From Eledone cirrhosa (taxonomy: Eukaryota), in the NCBI GenBank assembly GCA_964016885.1, contig OZ024751.1:42346001-42410000 (forward strand): 64,000 nt of DNA, read 5' to 3'. Shown here piece after piece: positions 52,397 to 64,000 of this stretch. A program made the position numbers and the translations under genes. The notes under the pieces were generated by a model. It was not told the DNA's origin. It made no database searches and worked only from the letters and a program-made list of their open reading frames with translations. Numbering within the stretch: position 1 is the first letter of the stretch; every line of letters begins with the position of its first letter.

Positions 52397-53258
52397 CAAG
52401 TTACATCCCTAATATTTTGAAAATTTAAATAAAAGGGTTGATCAAATAGATATCATTTACAAATTTATAAAGTTAACCCCTATTCAATATCTTAATTCAG
52501 TATCTTAATTCCATAGTTATTGTTTGTTTTGTCTGTACACAATATACAATATGGCTGCTGGTGCTGTGTTTAAATGGTAAGTCAAAGAAAGAACTGTTTA
52601 CAAGATATCTCAGCTCTATGAAGAAAAAAAAACAAAAACATTACAAATCTTTCTCTTTTTCTTTTTATCTCTTCTCCTCTTTCTCTCACTCTCTCCTCCT
52701 CTATTTTCCATCATTCTCTTTTCCTTTCTCCCCTCTCTCTTTCTCTTTGTTTCATATTTCTCTCTCCTCTTCTCCTTTTCTCTCTCTCTCTCTCTACCTA
52801 CCTACCTATCTATCTATCTATCTCTCTCTTTTTCTTCCCTTTTCACCATCTTCACCTCTTTCCCCTTTCTCACCATTTACCTCTCTTCCTTTCTCCCTTC
52901 TCTCTTTCTCTCTGTTTCATCTTTCTCTCTCTCTCCTTCTCATCTTTCTCCTCTACTCTCTCTCTCTCTCTCTCTCACCATTTACCTCTCTCTTCCTCTC
53001 TCACACTGTCTCCTATTTCCCTCTCCTCTCCATTTCCCTACCCCATCCATTACTCCGTTCTCCCCATGAAAAACAAGGGTGACTCAGATACCTACCCTCT
53101 CCTATCCCTACCCCCTCAACCGTTCTATTTAACTCAACACATTGCTATAGTATTATTATATTCCGCTAGAATATTGATTCAAATTTTCTTCTGAATTGCT
53201 GATTGAAGTCAATTAAGTCGGATGAGATAATTTCTTTTAATATAAAAAAAAAAATAAC

Positions 53259-56200
53259 CATTGAAACTTCCAACTAAAATACTCAAACATAATATCTTCC
53301 ACAAAATAGACATTCAAACTTCCAACTAAAATATTCAAACATAATATCTGCCACAAAATAGACATTCAAACTTCCAACTAAAATATTCAAACATAATATC
53401 TACCACAAAATAGACATTCAAACTTCCAACTAAAATACTCAAACATAATATCTACCACAAAATAGACATTCAAACTTCCAACTAAAATACTCAAACATAA
53501 TATCTACCACAAAATAGACATTCAAACTTCCAACTAAAATATTCAAACATAATATCTTCCACAAAATAGACATTCAAACTTCCAACTAAAATATTCAAAC
53601 ATAATATCTTCCACAAAATAGACATTCAAACTTCCAACTAAAATATTCAAACATAATATCTACCACAAAATAGACATTGAAACTTCCAACTAAAATACTC
53701 AAACATAATATCTTCCACAAAATAGACATTGAAACTTCCAACTAAAATATTCAAACATAATATCTTCCACAAAATAGACATTGAAACTTCCAACTAAAAT
53801 ATTCAAACATAATATCTTCCACAAAATAGACATTGAAACTTCCAACTAAAATATTCAAACATAATATCTACCACAAAATAGACATTGAAACTTCCAACTA
53901 AAATACTCAAACATAATATCTTCCACAAAATAGACATTGAAACTTCCAACTAAAATATTCAAACATAATATCTTCCACAAAATAGACATTCAAACTTCCA
54001 ACTAAAATATTCAAACATAATATCTACCACAAAATAGACATTCAAACTTCCAACTAAAATACTCAAACATAATATCTACCACAAAATAGACATTCAAACT
54101 TCCAACTAAAATACTCAAACATAATATCTACCACAAAATAGACATTCAAACTTCCAACTAAAATACTCAAACATAATATCTACCACAAAATAGACATTCA
54201 AACTTCCAACTAAAATACTCAAACATAATATCTTCCACAAAATAGACATTGAAACTTCCAACTAAAATACTCAAACATAATATCTACCACAAAATAGACA
54301 TTCAAACTTCCAACTAAAATATTCAAACATAATATCTTCCACAAAATAGACATCGAAACTTCCAACTAAAATATTCAAACATAATATCTACCACAAAATA
54401 GACATTGAAACTTCCAACTAAAATATTCAAACATAATATCTACCACAAAATAGACATTGAAACTTCCAACTAAAATATTCAAACATAATATCTACCACAA
54501 AATAGACATTGAAACTTCCAACTAAAATACTCAAACATAATATCTTCCACAAAATAGACATTGAAACTTCCAACTAAAATATTCAAACATAATATCTTCC
54601 ACAAAATAGACATTGAAACTTCCAACTAAAATATTCAAACATAATATCTTCCACAAAATAGACATTCAAACTTCCAACTAAAATATTCAAACATAATATC
54701 TACCACAAAATAGACATTCAAACTTCCAACTAAAATACTCAAACATAATATCTACCACAAAATAGACATTCAAACTTCCAACTAAAATACTCAAACATAA
54801 TATCTACCACAAAATAGACATTCAAACTTCCAACTAAAATACTCAAACATAATATCTACCACAAAATAGACATTCAAACTTCCAACTAAAATATTCAAAC
54901 ATAATATCTTCCACAAAATAGACATTCAAACTTCCAACTAAAATATTCAAACATAATATCTTCCACAAAATAGACATTCAAACTTCCAACTAAAATATTC
55001 AAACATAATATCTACCACAAAATAGACATTGAAACTTCCAACTAAAATACTCAAACATAATATCTTCCACAAAATAGACATTGAAACTTCCAACTAAAAT
55101 ATTCAAACATAATATCTTCCACAAAATAGACATTGAAACTTCCAACTAAAATATTCAAACATAATATCTTCCACAAAATAGACATTGAAACTTCCAACTA
55201 AAATATTCAAACATAATATCTACCACAAAATAGACATTGAAACTTCCAACTAAAATACTCAAACATAATATCTTCCACAAAATAGACATTGAAACTTCCA
55301 ACTAAAATATTCAAACATAATATCTTCCACAAAATAGACATTCAAACTTCCAACTAAAATATTCAAACATAATATCTACCACAAAATAGACATTCAAACT
55401 TCCAACTAAAATACTCAAACATAATATCTACCACAAAATAGACATTCAAACTTCCAACTAAAATACTCAAACATAATATCTACCACAAAATAGACATTCA
55501 AACTTCCAACTAAAATACTCAAACATAATATCTACCACAAAATAGACATTCAAACTTCCAACTAAAATACTCAAACATAATATCTTCCACAAAATAGACA
55601 TTGAAACTTCCAACTAAAATACTCAAACATAATATCTACCACAAAATAGACATTCAAACTTCCAACTAAAATATTCAAACATAATATCTTCCACAAAATA
55701 GACATCGAAACTTCCAACTAAAATATTCAAACATAATATCTACCACAAAATAGACATTGAAACTTCCAACTAAAATATTCAAACATAATATCTACCACAA
55801 AATAGACATTGAAACTTCCAACTAAAATATTCAAACATAATATCTACCACAAAATAGACATTGAAACTTCCAACTAAAATACTCAAACATAATATCTTCC
55901 ACAAAATAGACATTGAAACTTCCAACTAAAATATTCAAACATAATATCTTCCACAAAATAGACATTGAAACTTCCAACTAAAATATTCAAACATAATATC
56001 TTCCACAAAATAGACATTCAAACTTCCAACTAAAATATTCAAACATAATATCTACCACAAAATAGACATTCAAACTTCCAACTAAAATACTCAAACATAA
56101 TATCTACCACAAAATAGACATTCAAACTTCCAACTAAAATACTCAAACATAATATCTACCACAAAATAGACATTCAAACTTCCAACTAAAATATTCAAAC

Positions 56201-59200
56201 ATAATATCTTCCACAAAATAGACATTCAAACTTCCAACTAAAATATTCAAACATAATATCTTCCACAAAATAGACATTCAAACTTCCAACTAAAATATTC
56301 AAACATAATATCTACCACAAAATAGACATTGAAACTTCCAACTAAAATACTCAAACATAATATCTTCCACAAAATAGACATTGAAACTTCCAACTAAAAT
56401 ATTCAAACATAATATCTTCCACAAAATAGACATTGAAACTTCCAACTAAAATATTCAAACATAATATCTTCCACAAAATAGACATTGAAACTTCCAACTA
56501 AAATATTCAAACATAATATCTACCACAAAATAGACATTGAAACTTCCAACTAAAATACTCAAACATAATATCTTCCACAAAATAGACATTGAAACTTCCA
56601 ACTAAAATATTCAAACATAATATCTTCCACAAAATAGACATTCAAACTTCCAACTAAAATATTCAAACATAATATCTACCACAAAATAGACATTCAAACT
56701 TCCAACTAAAATACTCAAACATAATATCTACCACAAAATAGACATTCAAACTTCCAACTAAAATACTCAAACATAATATCTACCACAAAATAGACATTCA
56801 AACTTCCAACTAAAATACTCAAACATAATATCTACCACAAAATAGACATTCAAACTTCCAACTAAAATACTCAAACATAATATCTTCCACAAAATAGACA
56901 TTGAAACTTCCAACTAAAATACTCAAACATAATATCTACCACAAAATAGACATTCAAACTTCCAACTAAAATATTCAAACATAATATCTTCCACAAAATA
57001 GACATCGAAACTTCCAACTAAAATATTCAAACATAATATCTACCACAAAATAGACATTGAAACTTCCAACTAAAATATTCAAACATAATATCTACCACAA
57101 AATAGACATTGAAACTTCCAACTAAAATATTCAAACATAATATCTACCACAAAATAGACATTGAAACTTCCAACTAAAATACTCAAACATAATATCTTCC
57201 ACAAAATAGACATTGAAACTTCCAACTAAAATATTCAAACATAATATCTTCCACAAAATAGACATTGAAACTTCCAACTAAAATATTCAAACATAATATC
57301 TTCCACAAAATAGACATTCAAACTTCCAACTAAAATATTCAAACATAATATCTACCACAAAATAGACATTCAAACTTCCAACTAAAATACTCAAACATAA
57401 TATCTACCACAAAATAGACGTTCAAACTTCCAACTAAAATACTCAAACATAATATCTACCACAAAATAGACATTCAAACTTCCAACTAAAATACTCAAAC
57501 ATAATATCTTCCACAAAATAGACATTGAAACTTCCAACTAAAATACTCAAACATAATATCTACCACAAAATAGACATTCAAACTTCCAACTAAAATATTC
57601 AAACATAATATCTTCCACAAAATAGATATCGAAACTTCCAACTAAAATATTCAAACATAATATCTACCACAAAATAGACATTGAAACTTCCAACTAAAAT
57701 ACTCAAACATAATATCTTCCACAAAATAGACATTCAAACTTCCAACTAAAATATTCAAACATAATATCTACCACAAAATAGACATTCAAACTTCCAACTA
57801 AAATACTCAAACATAATATCTACCACAAAATAGACATTCAAACTTCCAACTAAAATACTCAAACATAATATCTACCACAAAATAGACATTCAAACTTCCA
57901 ACTAAAATACTCAAACATAATATCTACCACAAAATAGACATTCAAACTTCCAACTAAAATACTCAAACATAATATCTTCCACAAAATAGACATTGAAACT
58001 TCCAACTAAAATACTCAAACATAATATCTACCACAAAATAGACATTCAAACTTCCAACTAAAATATTCAAACATAATATCTTCCACAAAATAGACATCGA
58101 AACTTCCAACTAAAATATTCAAACATAATATCTACCACAAAATAGACATTGAAACTTCCAACTAAAATATTCAAACATAATATCTACCACAAAATAGACA
58201 TTGAAACTTCCAACTAAAATATTCAAACATAATATCTACCACAAAATAGACATTGAAACTTCCAACTAAAATACTCAAACATAATATCTTCCACAAAATA
58301 GACATTGAAACTTCCAACTAAAATATTCAAACATAATATCTTCCACAAAATAGACATTGAAACTTCCAACTAAAATATTCAAACATAATATCTTCCACAA
58401 AATAGACATTCAAACTTCCAACTAAAATATTCAAACATAATATCTACCACAAAATAGACATTCAAACTTCCAACTAAAATACTCAAACATAATATCTACC
58501 ACAAAATAGACGTTCAAACTTCCAACTAAAATACTCAAACATAATATCTACCACAAAATAGACATTCAAACTTCCAACTAAAATACTCAAACATAATATC
58601 TTCCACAAAATAGACATTGAAACTTCCAACTAAAATACTCAAACATAATATCTACCACAAAATAGACATTCAAACTTCCAACTAAAATATTCAAACATAA
58701 TATCTTCCACAAAATAGATATCGAAACTTCCAACTAAAATATTCAAACATAATATCTACCACAAAATAGACATTGAAACTTCCAACTAAAATACTCAAAC
58801 ATAATATCTACCACAAAATAGACATTCAAACTTCCAACTAAAATATTCAAACATAATATCTACCACAAAATAGACATTCAAACTTCCAACTAAAATATTC
58901 AAACATAATATCTTCAACAAAATAGACATTCAAACTTCCAACTAAAATATTCAAACATAATATCTTCCACAAAATAGACATTGAAACTTCCAACTAAAAT
59001 ATTCAAACATAATATCTTCCACAAAATAGACATTGAAACTTCCAACTAAAATATTCAAACATAATATCTACCACAAAATAGACATTGAAACTTCCAACTA
59101 AAATATTCAAACATAATATCTACCACAAAATAGACATTGAAACTTCCAACTAAAATATTCAAACATAATATCTACCACAAAATAGACATTCAAACTTCCA

Positions 59201-60151
59201 ACTAAAATATTCAAACATAATATCTACCACATAATAGACATTCAAACTTCCAACTAAAATACTCAAACATAATATCTTCCACAAAATATACATTCAAACT
59301 TCCAACTAAAATACTCAAACATAATATCTTCCACAAAATAGACATTGAAACTTCCAACTAAAATATTCAAACATAATATCTACCACAAAATAGACATTGA
59401 AACTTCCAACTAAAATATTCAAACATAATATCTACCACAAAATAGACATTGAAACTTCCAACTAAAATATTCAAACATAATATCTACCACAAAATAGACA
59501 TTGAAACTTCCAACTAAAATACTCAAACATAATATCTACCACAAAATAGACATTCAAACTTCCAACTAAAATATTCAAACATAATATCTACCACAAAATA
59601 GACATTCAAACTTCCAACTAAAATATTCAAACATAATATCTTCAACAAAATAGACATTCAAACTTCCAACTAAAATATTCAAACATAATATCTTCCACAA
59701 AATAGACATTGAAACTTCCAACTAAAATATTCAAACATAATATCTTCCACAAAATAGACATTGAAACTTCCAACTAAAATATTCAAACATAATATCTACC
59801 ACAAAATAGACATTGAAACTTCCAACTAAAATATTCAAACATAATATCTACCACAAAATAGACATTGAAACTTCCAACTAAAATATTCAAACATAATATC
59901 TACCACAAAATAGACATTCAACTTCCAACTAAAATATTCAAACATAATATCTACCACATAATAGACATTCAAACTTCCAACTAAAATACTCAAACATAAT
60001 ATCTTCCACAAAATAGACATTCAAACTTCCAACTAAAATACTCAAACATAATATCTACCACAAAATAGACATTCAAACTTCCAACTAAAATATTCAAACA
60101 TAATATCTTCCACAAAATAGACATTGAAACTTCCAACTAAAATACTCAAAC
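53259..60151. repeat. 52-bp satellite array, ~132 copies
   Basis: Unit CATT(C/G)AAACTTCCAACTAAAATA(C/T)TCAAACATAATATCT(A/T)CCACAAAATAGA. Confidence 0.98.
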
Positions 60152-60480
60152 TATGTAGTTCAGAATGTTGGAGAGTGTTAAAAGAAAACTTGAATAAGAT
60201 CAATATTTTCACTAACAGCTACTTGAGAAAAATCTGCCGCATCTTCTGGCACAAAATAGACATTGAGACTACTTCTTCTTCATCTATTTTTTCACCCACT
60301 TATTCCTGAGAGGATCGTGGGGGCAGAGTCCTCAAACACTCCTTCCAGCCAATCCTGTCAGAAGCAACCGTCTCCAACTGATCCAGTTAGATCTCCAAGC
60401 AAGAACAGCCAAGTTCATGGATGTAATGTTATCCCACCATCTTACTCAGGGTCTTCCTCTCGCTCTCTTGACGTCAATAC
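60152..60480. mobile_element. Degraded RTE-type LINE fragments (+ then -)
   Basis: The + strand gives SECWRV...NSYLRKICRIFW. The - strand gives KRARGRP*VRWWDNI followed by a (GAA)n tail. Confidence 0.6.
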
Positions 60481-60799
60481 TTTCAACTAAAATACTTAAA
60501 TCTTTCACTGAGATTTTATACAATTATTTATTTTCTTGTGTTTATTTAATTTACTTTTGATGCTGTTTGTTTTTAATGTTGTTTGTTTTTGTTGTTTTGG
60601 GTGCTGTTGTTTTTGTTGGTCTTGGTTCCATTGATGTTTTTTTTGTCATTTATTGTTTGTTGTTTTTTGTTGTTGCTTGTTTTTAATTTACCCCCCCCCC
60701 CACTCTTTTCAAATAAAAAAACTCATCATTTCTTTGATATTTCTTTTCAAACTTCTCAATTGTAAGACAATTGATATTAAATCATTGTGTTTGTGTGAG

Positions 60800-62525
60800 T
60801 GTAAGTGTGTATATGCGTGTATGTATATATATATGTATGTGTGTATATATGTGTATATATATGTGTGTGTGTATATGTTTGTGTGTATGTGTGTGTGTAT
60901 ATCATCATCATTTCATTTTACGTCCGCTTTTCCCTGCTTGCAAGGGTATATATATGTATGTATGTATGTATATATGTTTGTGTGTGTATATATATATATA
61001 TATGTATATATGTTTGTGTGTATATATATATATGTATGTGTGTATATATATATATGTATGTGTGTATATAGGTTTGTGTGTATGTGTGTGTACATATATA
61101 TATGTATGTATGTATGTATATATGTTTGTGTGTATATATATATATGTATGTGTATATGTTTGTGTGTGTATATATATATATGTGTATGTGTGTATATATG
61201 TTTGTGTGTATATATATATATGTATGTGTGTATATATGTTTGTGTGTATATATATATATATATGTATGTGTGTATATATGTTTGTGTATATATATATATG
61301 TATGTGTGTATATATGTTTGTGTGTATATATGTATGTATATGTATGTGTATATATGTTTGTGTGTGTATATATGTATATGTATGTGTATATATGTTTGTG
61401 TGTATATATATATATATGTGTGTGTGTGTATATATGTTTGTGTGTATATATGTATGTATGTGTGTGTAGTTATGTTTGTGTGTATATATGTATGTATGTG
61501 TGTGTATATATATATGTATGTATATATGTGTGTGTGTGCATTAATGTAAATATTTGTCTCTTTGTGAGGTGAGTTAGTGACTTTGAACAAAAAAATAATT
61601 GTCTCATTGAAGACAGCATGCAGTGAAGTGGAATTGCCACCACCATCATCACCACCACCATCACCACCACCACTACCACCACCACCACCACCATCATCAC
61701 CACCACTTCCACTACCACCACTACCACCACCATCACCACCATCACCACCACTACCCCCCCATCATCACCACCATCATCACTACCACCATCATCACCACCA
61801 CTACCACCACCACCACCACCACCACCATCATCACCACCACTTCCACTACCACCACTACCACTACCACCACCATCACCACCACTACCCCCCCCCCATCATC
61901 ACCACCATCATCACTACCACCATCATCACCACCACCACCACCACCACCACCACCACCACCACCACCACCATCATCACCACCACTTCCACTACCACCACTA
62001 CCACCACCATCATCACCACCACCACCACTACCACTACCACCACCACCACCATCATCACCACCATCATCACCACCACCACCACTACCACCACCACCATCAT
62101 CACCACCATCATCACCACCACTACCACTACCACCACCACCATCATCACCACCATCACCACCACCACTACCACTACCACCACCCTCATCACCACCATCATC
62201 ACCATCACTAGCACCACTACCATCACCACCACCACCATCATCACCATCACTAGCACCATCACCACCACTACCACTACCACCACCACCATCATCACCACCA
62301 TCACCACTACCATCACCACCACCACCATCATCCCCATCACCAACGCCATGACCATTACCATCAGCATCACTACCACCATCATCACCACCATCACCATCAT
62401 CACCATCACTACCATCACCATCACCATGACCATTGCCATCACCACCACCACCACTATCACCACCATCACTGCCATGACTACCACCATCACCACCACCACC
62501 ACCACCACTACTACTACTACTATCA
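60800..62525. repeat. (TA/TG)n field followed by a (CCA/CAT)n field
   Basis: Direct inspection. Confidence 0.93.
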
Positions 62526-62747
62526 CTAAATTCTATATAACCTCATATGTAAGTTCAATATGCTTCCAATTTCACCATGATTGATTGTATAGGAACAATA
62601 TTTACCAATAAGATCATAGCAAAGAGTTTATTTGCAAAGAAATGGAATAAACAAAAACCCCAAAATAAAAAATCTGTTTTTTTAAAATCAATTTAATATT
62701 AACATTGAGTATTAATAAAAAAAAAAAAAAGCGATAGGTAGAGGGAT

Positions 62748-62778
<31 letters not shown>

Positions 62779-63504
62779 GAGAGAGAGAGGAGATAAGATA
62801 TTTAGATAGAGAGAAATAAATATATATGTATATATAGAGAGAGAGTGAGTGAGTGAGAGGGAGAGAGAGATACTAAAAAATGTCCAAACATTAATTTCTT
62901 TGCGAATTATTTCCTTTTTTTCTTTCTTTGAATAATATTTATAGATTTTATTTTCGCCAGGATTTAGTAACAGAAATGTTTACCTTTTATTACAATATAT
63001 TACCTTTTATTACAATATATTACCTTTTATTACAATGTGGTTTAACCTATAATATAAAACAAATACAAGAGTTTTAATAGCTGAGTAGATAAGGTGTGAA
63101 TTGGTTTTTTTCCCCTTCACAAGCCACAAGTCTATATCTTACCTAAGATTGCTATGTTGTTGTCAGACATGTAACTAGGGTATAGCAGGCATACCAAGCA
63201 TGGCACATACCATGGACGCCACTTGGATTAGGTACCTCTTAACCACTCAATCCACTATATCCCCTTACGTACATCCCTGCACCCCTACACCACTCTCATT
63301 TCTGCCCACACTGCCCTTATCACAAAAGCACCCAGCCTACACTGTAAAGTGGTCATGTAAGTGTCACAACAAAAAGCACCCAGCACACACTGTAAATGTG
63401 GTTGGCATTAAGAAGGGCATCGAGCCAAAGAAATCTAGCCAGAAACAGTTTTATATGATTTAACTTGTCTCTAATGGGAGGATGTTAAACGATGATGATG
63501 ATAT

Positions 63505-63769
63505 CATCATTTTCATTTCATTTTACGTCCGCTTTTCCCTGCTTGCAAGGGTGGGACGGGAACTGATTCTGGCTTGATTTCTACAGCTGGATGCCCTTCC
63601 TAACACCAACCTCATTTACAGTGAGTGCTGGGTGCTTTTTTGCCGTGGCATCTCCACGACCACTTTGCAGTGGAATGATATGGGCCCCAGTCCCTATCAT
63701 CTCATTTCTACAGCTGAGTAAACTGGAGCAATGTGAAATAAAGTGTCTTGCTCAAGGAAACAACACATC
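63505..63769 (-). mobile_element. SINE family B copy (5'-truncated)
   Basis: Match to family B. Confidence 0.85.
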
Positions 63770-63849
63770 ATACATATATATTGATATATATATATATAGT
63801 GAAAGATTGAAGAATAACATGGTCGGCTGTACAAAAAGGTTTTATTTCT

Positions 63850-63962
63850 AGTACTAACAATTGTTTCATTGATCAGGTGAGTCTAAAGACCGCTAATCAC
63901 TCGAAGTTGCGTCACTCGACCTTAAATACAGCGTTTACCTCTGGTCAAATCATCGGAATACT
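63850..63962 (-). ncRNA. Hammerhead-like motif with an extended stem II (core U4 to C)
   Basis: Minus strand: stem I AGTATT/AGTACT, CCGATGA, T-TTGACCAG..64 nt..CTGATCAA-T, GAAA, palindromic ACAATTGT, GUU triplet, then AATAAA and a (TA)n end. Confidence 0.55.
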
Positions 63963-64000
63963 CTATTATTACTCCAAGAATAACCTACATAGGAATTCTC

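Noticed and set aside
53259-60151. CRISPR-like regular repeat arrays (also 3745-4857, 24378-25052, 36992-37823)
   Set aside because: Units are head-to-tail with no unique spacers, there are no cas genes, and the context is eukaryotic.
13083-61590. Numerous YI/CV/HT-rich ORFs
   Set aside because: They are artefacts of (TA)n/(TG)n repeats lacking stop codons.

Overview
Animal (eukaryotic) genomic DNA, AT-rich and dominated by microsatellites, minisatellites and retroelements. The repeat landscape resembles an octopus/cephalopod genome (inference, not verified). There are two recognisable host genes, both on the minus strand. One is the first three coding exons of a TRIP4/ASC-1 homolog (2084 to the window start). 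The other is an intronless ferritin (8419-8928) whose ferroxidase and ion-channel residues are largely replaced. Mobile DNA includes 5'-truncated CR1-type LINEs, RTE-type LINE fragments, two tRNA-derived SINE families (one shares its 3' tail with the RTE LINE), and TTAA/piggyBac-like MITEs. A 6.9-kb 52-bp satellite shows higher-order structure. The most notable unannotated signal is a set of minimal type-I hammerhead-ribozyme motifs in several unrelated short elements. Most have a palindromic stem III and a recurrent U-U at the base of stem II, and several lie inside fold-back or inverted duplications, as in Penelope-like or retrozyme elements. Most ORFs in the supplied track are microsatellite artefacts.
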